Shown here: positions 33,601-45,900 of the stretch, one piece after another | How the letters are laid out: every line of letters begins with the position of its first letter | Position numbering within the stretch: the stretch's first letter is position 1 | Assembly (NCBI GenBank): GCA_040954595.2 | Contig: CM082598.2 | Location: 1,116,001 to 1,180,000, forward strand | DNA from: Balanoglossus misakiensis | Taxonomy: Eukaryota; Animalia; Hemichordata | Length of the DNA: 64,000 bases | Direction of reading: 5' to 3' | Program-made: the position numbers and the translations under genes | The notes under the pieces: generated by a model | What the model was told of the DNA's origin: nothing | Database searches by the model: none | The model's input: the letters and a program-made list of their open reading frames with translations, nothing else

Positions 33601-36600
33601 TAGTAACATATTTTTCTTCATGAGTGTAGTGATGGCTCTCTCGTAGATCGAAGCTGCTTCATCGCTGAAGATTTTGGAATTATTCACATCCTGAAATAGA
33701 TTTGGAAAATATAAAAGACAATCAATAGTCGTGTTGATTGACTGACTGTCTGTTTGTTTGTTTGTTTGTTACCAGGACAAGAAATGGGTGTTATTGATAG
33801 CTTAAAATTCTTACCCCTTTTTCTGACATGAGTTTGCTGGACTGTTCCAGATACTGAGCTGCTTCGTACCAAATATCTGGGTGGTGTCCCAAACACAGTA
33901 AACACTGTTCGTACGCAAACATAACTGCAAGAAAACAACAACACGATTTACTCCTTAGATACATCAATATCAGTTTCCTTGCAATGTTCTTATCGATTCA
34001 GAAAAACTTTCATTGGTGTATTACAATAAAAAATCACTGTGCCTATTCATCAACATCCAACTTCCCTACAGTTATATCTCATGAAGTATGGAGATATCTG
34101 GTCAAAGTTTTTCAACAGACATCAAACTAAGAGATTCCACTAGCTCTTTGCTTTACAGCGGATCATACCTTGCCATGGCTCACAAATTGGGGGGTTATGA
34201 GGGCTGGGAAACTGAGACAAAACTATTAAACTACGTGATCAAACCCACCTCTCTTTGTGATTAGAGTCTGGTCTTCCGTTCTAAGAGGATTGGCCTTTTC
34301 CCAAGCGATATACTTCTTCCATAAATCCACTTGTTTCGCTTCATCCGGAGTTCCAGTGGGCGGAACAGACGGCATATTCCGGTTCAATCCTCGTGTCACT
34401 GCTTCGTATTCCTGAGAAATGAAAAATCAACATCACATGGAAATATGAGACAATTTAAAAAGAAATGTCCTATGAGAATAAAGCCCAGTGATATGCTACT
34501 TGGCACAATGAGGAAAGATGATGATGATGCTTAGAATTCGTTACCTTGGCAACTCGCCTTGCATTCATGTAGTCTCTACTCCTGTCATCTATCATCTTCT
34601 TGGCAATCAACGGATTAATACTCTGCTCATCAAGACAATCAGAAAAAAAACATAAATACATATTCTCTTAGAAGTCACAATTTTACCGAATAACTTCTAA
34701 CTCTAATACTAACTTATTTAACAAACTATCTGATGTTAAAACAGACAATATTGAGATTGAATTGCAAGGCATTCATTTCTTATAAATAATATTACTCACA
34801 TTTTCATAATTATTGTACTCTCTCCATAACTGTTCTATATTAATCATCGGGTTGATGCAACCTCTTTGGTAGACTCGTCGTACTGCAGTTATTCTTTGAT
34901 TCTCTGCGTAAGAACCAACAGCTTCTCTGAGGGGTGGACAGATCAAGAAAAGATTGTATTATACTGTACTGTATTGTATTGTATTGTATTGTATTGTATT
35001 GTATTGTATTGTATTGTATTGTAAAGACAAGATTATGACAAAGCATCAATGAGAAAACCAGAATAACTTGATACTTACACGCCTTTTAGAAAGATGATAT
35101 AATCTGCCCATATTTGAAATGACATAATATCCATTCCCATTTTGTCTAAAGCAAAGTCGTACGCCTGTGCCATTTTCTCTCTGTATGAGGGCAGACTTCC
35201 TTTGGTTTCCTTCACGTACGACAGATAACATTTCCAGAGGTCGATATTTAAGACTTTCATCAAACAACGCTGAAACAACTGCCGAGAAGAAAGATGAAGA
35301 GTCAGATACATTGTAAAATATGTATCGCTTGTTTCCATTTTGGCATGGATGTCTTGCTGAAAGTCTTAAGATTTTGACTCCCCTTGGAAACCTTTAAATA
35401 TAGTGCGAGGGATTTCTTCCAAGTCTCAAATGGGTAACCTTTCAATACAAATGAATTTGACTACATGTATATGTATACAGGTTATGTTACATGTACATGT
35501 ATGAAGAAAGATACGGGGCATTTCATCATGCTTCAGAGATTTGAACAAGAAACTGTAGTATATACACAAAACAAAAATACAGAAAACAAAGGGAAAAGAT
35601 ACAGTTATTAAATGTCCCTTAAAAAACTGAGCTGTAAGAGGGGGCAAGACACTTGTGAGTTTACACTACACTAACCTTTTCCACTCTCTCAAACGCCCGG
35701 CATTTCATCTGCAAGCAAAAAAGGAAACACGGAAATTATGGCAACCGAAACCAACTGCCAATTGGTTGGGAATGGAACTGTACAATTTTAGACCAGGAGT
35801 AGATTTATTGAGTTTGCATTAGTTTTTTCTCTTTAATCATGCAAGGAGTGACACAGAAAAAAAGTATTTTACAATGATTTTATGTCAGGTATTCTTTATT
35901 ACAGAAACCTTTTCTATTTCTTATAATTGATGAGACAACTCTACAGAGGTTTAAAGTGGTTCCAAAGAGATTATCCATTCCAAGCAAATCGTTTTCCGAT
36001 CTAAAATGTAAGGACTGCAAGTCTGCATTTTGTGATGCTGCATAGTGTTAGATATAACATAGTGTCCCTCTCATTTTCACCACAATGGTTAAGTCCATTG
36101 TTTTCTATGGCATAATTGGACCTCTGAAATTGGGAATGGGGGTGAAAGGGGGTCATATGGAAAATGCTATGTGAATGTAATGTGTGTGTTCAAGTGCGTT
36201 TGACTTCGTTCATTATGGTAAACTTTAAAAGTATCATGAGATCATTTTTGTGATCTTTTTTCTGGTGCAATTTGGATTTTGTACTATGTACATGTATAAA
36301 GTTATGAACATTACTTTATGATTCAAATCTAGCATATCGTTCAAGAAGAAATTGGCAATATCTTGAAGTTTTTAATTTGTGAGTGCTATAAAAGTTGATC
36401 ACCAAAACCCAAAGAAAACCTTCAATTTTGTTTGTATCTGCATTTAGTTAAGTTTCTTCAGGATTCACTGAGAATTCTTACGTTAAACTTCTAGTGACTA
36501 GCCATCTTTGGGTTTTGTTGATGTGGTCAAAACCACAGTCACCACGGTGACGAGACAAAGTAGAATTACTCAGAGGACACAATAAAGACAGAGACATCCT

Positions 36601-39022
36601 TTTTTTTCAGTTTTGCTACTTTTAATAGCAGCAACAATTACCATGGATACACAAAAATGTTACTTTATAATCAGATCAAATAGATACATGGATGTAACAT
36701 TACCCCTATCCCCATCCTACATCATGACACACACTATCCTACATCAATGCTCAAGCATTTGGACTGTGATTGTCTCACGGGAACACACACTATCCTATAC
36801 TGTTTTTTTTAATTCTATAAAGCTTGGAGAATACAGGTATGGAGATACACATTGCCATGGTAAAAACTATGCTAACACATGCATCCATACACACGCATTG
36901 CCGTGAAAAATATATCAAAATCATAACAGACTTCTGTACATATGCATACACGTGAAAATGTAACAAGCACAACCAAATCAGCTGACTCGTGCATGTACTT
37001 GTACATACACACACACACATTTGCATACAACAGATACATCCAACTCACTGTTCATGACTGTAACATGTATGTGTACACTGGCACACAACAGATGAAACAC
37101 ACTCACAGCTTATGACTGATGCATGAATGCGTGCACACACACACACACACGCACTGCCAAGATAGAGAAAACTGTATTCATACCATGTCACTCGCACATA
37201 CAAATGGCTCGGACTACTGCAAACAAACCACAACTAGCAACTTATCACTGATTCATGCGAACTTCCATGTTATCAACCATACACAATAAAATACAAAAGT
37301 ATGCATTAAAAATCCATGCTGATATGTTACACACATCCTGACAGACTCAACCTCAATCATATCATTGTAACACACACACACAGTAACACACACACCCACA
37401 CACACATACACAGATTAACAGAGACACACCACAACCATTTCCAAACACTTTCACACTTCATCTCACAACCATGAAATCTCAAAGAAATGGAGACATGGGT
37501 CAATAAAGACACAGACTCACAGAAGACTCAAGACACCCAGGCAATGCATCGCAATGTGTTCAAATTATTATCAGATATCTTAATTATTGCACTTTAATGT
37601 TGCAAAAATGCAGTAATGGTAAAAAAATGCAAGTTTTTACAGGTTAAAAAAATACCCTTGACTGTACACAAAACTGATTTAAACTCCTCACTGGTAGGAA
37701 TAGAAATATAAGGAAGAGAGAGAGAAAAGTTTCTAGTAAAACTCTGGTTGATCTGTGTGAATAAGTTAATACACGCATCAGCTTGTATCGCGACCCAAAT
37801 ACTTGTGTCTACAGGCTCCGAGATCGGATCAATGTGCTATGTAACACTCTGTCATAAGAACATCGTAGAAGTTGATGAACACTACACTCACTATATAGCA
37901 TGCAACCTCTTACTTTGTGATAAAGCACTCCATTTTTCCGTTACAAAAATCACTCTAGAAAATTAAAAGAAAGATAAGAACGGAGTAATAGTAACCTCAG
38001 CTTCAATGTAAATCTTCCAATATCTTCCAGCGTTCGGATACTGGGCCACTAGACGTTCATAGATCTTCCTTGCTTTGTCAGTGGGTTGGGTCTGCAAATT
38101 TAGAATATAAGAAATCTTCTGTTTTATTTCAGGTAGTCAATGCGATACCACAGGCTTCAACTCACATGTTAATTGGTTGTTACAACTACCATCTCAAAAG
38201 TTGACCAAAACACCTGCAAAATTCACTATTTTTCACCTTCACATATTTCACAAATTACCCAAAATGAACAAACTCATCAATTCATTTTATATTACCTGAG
38301 CTTCTCGAATCAAAACACTCCATGCTTCTGTGTCATACGGATGACTTTCAATCCGTTTCTCTGCCTTCTTCACTTTTTCCGGGACATAATTCTGTAAATG
38401 GACAAGGAAATTTGTGAAAGGAATCATATACATATACATGTATGATCATTCACACAAACACTTTAAAAACCTTCTGTGACTGCCTGTAATCTCAACAAGT
38501 TAGACAAAAAAGATCAGTCATGGCTATGACTCCCAACACCAGATCAAGCATTGGTGTATAATTTCTGCCTTACACCAGTACCAAGATCATTTAAAATATT
38601 GCCCAACACATTTTAAAATGTATTTCTGAATTTAATATTCTGTAAAATCTAAGTAAAACAGAAGAAATGTACATCAGGACATGTTAAGAAAGTGACATGT
38701 TTTGACCAATCAGAAGTGGTTTGGTGTATGTTTCAGGTGCGCAGAATCATTGCAACTGACCAATCAGAATTGCCCGGGTCTGAATTAATACGTCAATCTG
38801 ACGATCAATCGATTGCTGGATCGCCGTGTCTGTGCATCTTCTATCTGCGCTGCAATTTCTATTTTTAGCTGAGACGCAGAAGCTCTGATACACGCCATCT
38901 TTACATACATGTACACAGTCCAGCGAGAGCGAACCAAATCCTTCACGTGCAGCAAACATTAATAATAACGGCATTTTAAGGTTTATACCTACCTCAATGT
39001 CTTCCATGTCTTGGTGCGACAT
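30677..39022 (-). CDS. CSTF3: Cleavage stimulation factor 77 kDa (HAT repeats; su(f) orthologue); first exons 38993-39022, 38296-38391, 37996-38091, 35676-35708, 35079-35278
   Basis: [65 protein letters not shown]; ends [16 protein letters not shown]. Confidence 0.96.
33223..33308. mobile_element. TTAA/CCC MITE copy next to a CSTF3 donor; other CSTF3 copies at ~32420-32464 and ~36075-36153
   Basis: TTCACCCCCA...AGAGGTCCA...ATAGAAAAC...GGTGAAAGGG. Confidence 0.7.
34970..35023. repeat. (TGTAT)n microsatellite in a CSTF3 intron
   Basis: About 10 perfect pentamers. Confidence 0.95.
35709..37995 (-). promoter_or_regulatory. CSTF3 intron 3 with a weak donor and candidate intronic polyadenylation sites
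   Basis: Donor GAG|GTTACT; sense-strand ATTAAA 37593-37598 with upstream TGTA and a downstream GT-rich tract; AATAAA 35895-35900; by far the longest CSTF3 intron. Confidence 0.65.
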
Positions 39023-39616
39023 CTTGAGACTTCAAATAAAACAAATTACACCATCTACAAACGCTATTTTGTCAATTTTAGTTTATTCTCTTGTCCAAAC
39101 CTCACAAAAACACTACAGCCCAGCTTCCATCATGGCGTCCAAAAGTCCCGGATGCAGACTATAGAGGGCGCTAAGTAATGCGTACGTGACTTACGTGATC
39201 AATGGTAATAAACCTGCAATTCTCGTCAAAACAAGTAAAAAGTGTGATTTAACTCCGGATATATATGAAATTGTGTTTCCAAAGAAACATGTGAGAATGT
39301 TAGGTGTACGAAAAGTGTACTTTGGAACGATATCAGCCGTGTCCAATGTTTCATTGTGACATACACAATGGAATTGTGATGTGTGACGTTTACAGAGAAA
39401 TGTACATGACGTTGCAAATTACGTCATATAATAGAGAGGGCGTGACCGCCAGCGCAAAATATATTAATTGTGATGCGTTGCATTGTTATGTTCAGATAAT
39501 AACATTAGCTTGTCAAGTTTACTTCAAGAGTTAGTTTTACAGTGCGTACACTCCTTTATGCGACGTTCACCAGGAAAAGTCACAAATTCTCTTGTTTTTT
39601 CTGACTTTTACGCGAA

Positions 39617-41393
39617 ATGCGTGAAATAGTCCTATGTCAAGCCGGGCAATGTGGAAACCAAATTGGCTCGAAGGTATGTTTACACAAGTTTACCAGAAAA
39701 ACAAATCAAAGTGGTCGAGTGCACCACACTTTTTACTATTGGCCATGACTCTGGTTTTACACAGACTCTCTCTCTCTCTCCATCTCTCTCTTATTCACTC
39801 TCTCTCTCCCTCCTTCTGCCTCCCTCCCTCCCCCTCTCTCTTCTAGTTTTGGGAGGTGATATCTGACGAACATGGTATCAATTCCACCGGTAACTACCGA
39901 GGCGATTGTCCAGAACTACAACTTGAGAGAATCAACGTCTACTACAATGAAGCCTCGGGTTTGTAATACGCACAGACTAATAGTTTGTATTGCACAGATT
40001 GATCGTCTCATTTTTTTTATTCTGAAGATAGAGGTGCTGTTTTTGTCTATTTTATCAATCTTCTGAACGTTCTGTTTCTCAGGTGGCAAGTATGTTCCTC
40101 GCGCTGTGTTGATTGATTTGGAACCTGGGACCATGGACTCCGTTAGATCAGGTCCTTTTGGAAAACTTTTTCGTCCTGACAACTTCGTCTTCGGTAATTA
40201 AAAACTAATATCTTTTGTTTCATATTTATTATCATTATCTGAGCTAACAGATCCAATCTGCGTTCTGTAATTCATTTTAAAAGAAGATAAGACAATTTCG
40301 CATTCTTGGATTTCGTCCCAAAGGCCAAAATGGTGCTGGTAACAACTGGGCCAAGGGCCACTACACAGAGGGTGCCGAATTGGTCGACGAGGTGCTGGAT
40401 GTCATGCGAAGAGAAGCGGAGTCATGTGACTGTCTCCAGGGGTTCCAGCTCACCCACTCTCTGGGTGGGGGTACAGGGTCCGGAATGGGCACCCTCTTGA
40501 TTGGCAAAATCAACGAGGAGTACCCGGATCGAATCATCAATACTTTCTCCGTGGTTCCAAGTCCCAAAGTATCAGACACTGTTGTTGAACCATACAACGC
40601 TACCCTCTCAGTTCACCAGTTGGTTGATAACACCAACGAGACATTGTGTATCGACAATGAAGCTCTCTACGATATCTGCTTCCGTACCCTGAAACTGACC
40701 ACCCCAACCTATGGTGACTTGAACCATCTGGTATCTGCTACCATGAGTGGTGTGACAACCTGCCTGCGTTTCCCAGGTCAGTTGAACGCTGATCTGCGTA
40801 AACTGGCTGTCAACATGGTTCCATTCCCACGTCTCCACTTCTTCATGCCTGGCTTTGCCCCACTCACCAGCCGTGGCAGCCAAAAGTACATGAATCTGAC
40901 AGTTCCTCAGTTGGCTCACCAGATGTTCGACGCAAAGAACATGATGGCAGCCTGCGACCCGAACCACGGTCGCTATCTCACCGTTGCGGCCATCTTCCGC
41001 GGTCGCGTTTCCATGAAAGAAGTTGAAGAACAGATGATGAACGTGCGAAACAGAAACAGTGCTTTTTTCGTCGAATGGATCCCAAACAACATGATAACCG
41101 CCGTCTGCGACATCCCACCACGTGGTCTGAAGATGTCCGCCACCTTCATCGGCAACAACACATCCATCCAAGAGCTCTTCCGTCGAATAGGCGAACAGTT
41201 TCGTATGATGTTCAACCGCAAAGCGTTCTTGCATTGGTACACAGGTGAAGGCATGGACGAGTTGGAGTTCACAGAAGCAGAGTCGAACATCCAGGATCTG
41301 GTCTCTGAATACCAACAGTACCAAGACGCGCCGGTGAACAGTTTCGATGACTATGATGAAGTTGACGAAGAGGAGGAAGAAGGAGAAGCTTAA
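39617..41393 (+). CDS. TUBB: Divergent beta-tubulin copy D; exons 39617-39673, 39847-39958, 40083-40193, 40324-41393
   Basis: [19 protein letters not shown] start, intact ORF, same three intron positions, 1-aa insertion in exon 2, distinct C-terminal tail. Confidence 0.95.
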
Positions 41394-42972
41394 AAACTGG
41401 AGAGAAAACAGATGCCGGGCGAAAGTATTTACCCCAAAATGGATAAATTTCAGCAGCATCAACTAGAACACCACAATGATTTGCCTTGTATAAAAATAAC
41501 ACCAGCACAATCGGTGAAATAAATATCACTGTTTTCTCTCCAATAATGTTTTGTCGATTGTTAATACTCAGATGTTATGCCAATATACGGGAGAGTTGAG
41601 TCATAACATCCAGAAAACAGACTCTTAGAAGTATTTGGAAAAACTGACACACACACAAAATATTTCATTTTCCTTAGTATATTATCAACAAAGACAATTA
41701 AATACAATGTGAGATACAACTTGTATTCTCTAAATAAATTTAAAAAGAAAAGAAAACTGAAATAAAATTTCTGTAGAAGTGTACCATTTCAGTGCACACT
41801 TCCTTCCTCAGCAAATTTCACTTTCTAACTCCGAAGTAATTCATATTCAAGTTTTTCGAGACGTCTTAATACTTATTTATCAAATAATTTTCCGGGCCAC
41901 CTTCTTTCAATACAAATGCATCAATATAATTGGTCCTCTCTACCCTTGCTCAATAATTTCAAATGCCAGATGGTACATCAACCCCAGTTTACACGATTTT
42001 TGTCTTTTCAAATGGCAACCAGGAATTGTTTTCTTTTATTCTTTTTTTTCCTGTGTAACTCAGATACAGACACCAAATGGGTTTTAAAATAATGTTATTA
42101 GAGATTATGCGATATGAAAAAGGTACAAATAACAGCTGCAACATCGAAGAAGTTGTATAAAATGTGCAATGTTGCCTAGTCCTGTCCGGACCGTTTGACG
42201 TCTGAGTTGAATTCGAACAGGAGTATCATTTCCTGTACATCGTCTTGACACACTGCAGCCGGTATATCAGTACTTCTTGCCATGAGCGGGCAAAAGCCGC
42301 ACACTCATTGGCTGATCGTACTTCAACTGTCACTTGGACTGCGCAGTATCTTTCGTGTCCTGTGATTGGGTGTCCACAGCGCCTCTCAGATAAGTCATTC
42401 CACAGTTGGAACTGCCACACTTTGTGGAACCAGTTTGGTCAGGTCCAAACTGGATTAAACCGGTTGTTTATTTTCTAAACCAGGAACTAGTTTGATCTAC
42501 ACTACAGTGGTCTATATGGAGCAAGTACATCAAATGGTACTTCTTTGCTGAGGGAAAAGAACGTTAGTGTGTACGTGTGTGCATGAAAGTACATCCCAAA
42601 GAGAAATATTGATAAAGTACAGTTCAAAGATTCTACTTTCAACTCTCAGGATTTTTGCACTGTCAGCTCTTGTGTTTATGAGTTCTTCCAGTGTAAAAAT
42701 CCTGATTTTTTCTAATTTAAAAGAAACCAAACAGTGTGAATGGTGACAGTGGTTTTTGTTTGGGTTTGTTTGTCTGTGAAAGTCAGTCACGTTGCTCTGT
42801 AATGTTACCTGTTGTAGAACTTAGTATTTGAATATGTCATTTTTAAAAGAAAACCAGTGTCACCATGGTACAGTACCATACTCACACACTTCAGCAACAC
42901 CTGTGGCTGACACTGACTATGTAGTACCACTTTGCTGTGCAGTCAAATCCAGTTCCAGCCGGTTTCAGCCAG

Positions 42973-45900
42973 TTATTTCAAGATGGTGGCTATATAGTCT
43001 TCTATGTTAATACCAATCTGTTGACAAACATCGATGACTTCTTTCACATCCTCAGCTTTGTTGCTATGGGCAACCTCGAAAAGAATGAACTGCAGAGAGA
43101 AAAGAAAGACAAATAAAAAGAGTTTTATTGACACGCATTACAGTTTCAGACCAAACTCTGGCAGAGTGAAGTTGTCCTGGCCAATTCTCTTTTTGAACAG
43201 AAGTAAAACAGAAATCCTGAAATCTGAGGCACAGTACATTGACCCTAAAAACCACAGAAACATAAATGATTTCCAACATCAAACAAACTATGGGTGAAAG
43301 ATCCATATATGGGGCAATAGTTTCACGAATGGGCAATAGTTTAACGACTAGACAATGTGTATGGCTGAAGATATGAGGAAGATAAGACTGGATTGAACTT
43401 TACATCTTTCCAGAGAGTTGCTGAGAATGGTAAGGCTTGTGTTGCAGACCAGTACATCCTGTGGACCTATAGTGGAAACAATCAAGTTGGTCATCAATTA
43501 AAATATTTATCGATTGAAGTGGAACACTCGGATTGGAAAATTTGTACACTCACAATGTAGAGTTTAATGACTACAGTTGCTAAGTTTCAAGTTACGTGTG
43601 AACTACTTCAAAGTGAGGGGAAAAATACATTTCTGGCATAAATCTCAGAAAAGTTTTTGCTATGTACCTCTCTATAGTTGGCTTGCTTCAATTCCAGGGA
43701 TATTGCCCTAAAATACAACAGTACAGACAGAAGTTACAGCATGTACCTTATAAACCGACTTTGTTACATTAGGAGCCAACAAACTAAAACACTGGAATTT
43801 CACACCTAGTGCACTTAATCCAAAGAAGTTTGCTCTGGAAGATTGTTAGCCGGGTGCTTTGTTTGAGAACTATCATGCAACAATTGTCATGAGTCAAAGG
43901 TCACATTTCAGAAAATTTCTATCGATCTTGGAACACATATTACATCTTCAGAACACAAATTTATAAGGTGTAGGTGTGCGATTGATGAGGTGTGTTTTTA
44001 GTTTGAAGTTAGATATAGAAAGACTAAGGTCTGATACGGTACACTTTCCACAGTGGTAGACAATTTGGATTCCGGGTCAGAAACGCTGAACAGATTCTCT
44101 CGGCTTCAATCGGGTTATCGATCTTCAACTCATGTTGACAAGCTCTGCAGACAGAGAAAAATAAAAATATACATTGCATTTCTGTCATGAGGTTAAGAGC
44201 TTTCATGCATTTTGTGGTCTGTATTATAAAGTGTAGTATCAACAGAAGTTGATCTACATGGCCAACACACTGGCTACGCATATATTTCACCAGGTATAAC
44301 TCTGAAAGTTCAAAACAAAACAACAACAACAACAAACTGGTCAAGGTACAGTCTCAGATGGCCCCTGCACACAATATCATCACTGCCAACCAATGCTGAC
44401 AATCTGTGTGGGTAGTTTCTACCAGAAGTGCAAATCATCACAGACAATGCTCAGTCTCATCATATTATGTTAGACTGGCTCTTACTTTACCCTTTGAACT
44501 CTTTGACCCCTGGTGACCTATGACATCACAGAGAGTCTTACCTGAGGGCGAGAACTGCATTGTTTGGCATCATGCTTAGAAACTTCTCATAAGCTGTCGA
44601 CCGGTCTTCCTGCGTCACACACTCCATGTACATGTCTACAATCCGGTTATGGAAACTGTAATCACTCCAAAGTGTTGCCATGGAGAATGGTGGATGGAAC
44701 TGGGTTGGCATGGTGACAAGACAGCGGGTGATGAGATCAGTGTATAGTCTGTTATCTCTGGTCGAGTTGCAAGATGAAACTGTCTTCCTGCATTGGTACT
44801 TCAGATACCTGTGGAGGCAAACACAAAGGCCAGCAGTACTTATTTGGAAATTCTAAAATTCTCAATCTATCAACACTCACTCACTCACTCTCTCCATCTC
44901 CTTAATTCTCTCTCTCTCTCTCCTCTATGTGTTCATTTCATTTCAATCTCAATGTCTGTCTCACACACACACACGTTTCATAATCTAACGATCACATCAA
45001 ACAAATCTCAACACCTGTAGTACTCACTGTATCCACACCCTCTGCACATGCATATGAGACTTCAATGCATACAAAGCTGTCTCAAAGGCCTCCACACATC
45101 CCCCCTCATCACCCACAAGCTCCATCACCAAGCAGAAACTCAGCCACAGATGCAGTTGTTGGGTGGAAGTCTCCGACATGATGTCTTCTGTGAGGCAAGG
45201 CACTGTAGTGTCAAGCGACACAGTCTGGCCGAGTAGTTTGCTGAAATAATAAAACACATCCAATGACAGTATTATTGTTTATGTCTTGAAATGCTGCTAA
45301 TTTTATTGCTGTTTCTTCACTCAATAAAACATCGGATATTAGAAATGAATATTACCGGTAAAAGTCTTCAGTCGTCGACTGCTGTTCTTTGTCATCACAA
45401 TGGAAAAGTCTTTTCACGCAACTGTCGAGATGCAAGATGGCCGTCTGAGGGTTCTCCTGCGAGAGTTCGAAGGTCGCTGCTGTGTAGCAGAGTTCGACCG
45501 AGAATGGATTTTCAACTATGGCTTCTTCGAATACCTGCAACCGACACACATCAAACCAATAAGGTTATTCAACACTGGAACTTTTGTTCCAATATCCACG
45601 CAAGTTCAAAAAAAAGTACACATTACATATGACGATATAAAAAGGTTTAAAAAGGTTTTATCATATTGGTATAAACTTCTAAATATGCCCCAAAACAGAA
45701 TTGCTAAGCATGCATATCAGCTAGCTATATCACTCGATGAAAATAACAAAGAATCCTGGGCTACCCATGTTAAACATTTACTTTGTGAGCATGGTTTTGG
45801 GGAAGTCTGGTTTTGGCAAGGTCCGGGAGATTTCAATGTCTTCCTCCAACATTTTACACAAAGAGCTATGGATATTTTTAAACAAAACTGGCATGCAGAA

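Noticed and set aside
39617-41393. Tubulin D as a pseudogene or retrocopy
   Set aside because: The ORF is intact, all three introns have valid splice sites, and key motifs are retained
42176-42490. Possible TAG-ended element (TAGTCCTG...CAGGAACTA)
   Set aside because: The inverted match is short and imperfect and there is no target-site duplication
45400-45630. N-terminal part of the 304-aa ORF as a real protein
   Set aside because: It is the antisense of a ZFC3H1 exon plus intron; only the downstream part looks like a LINE
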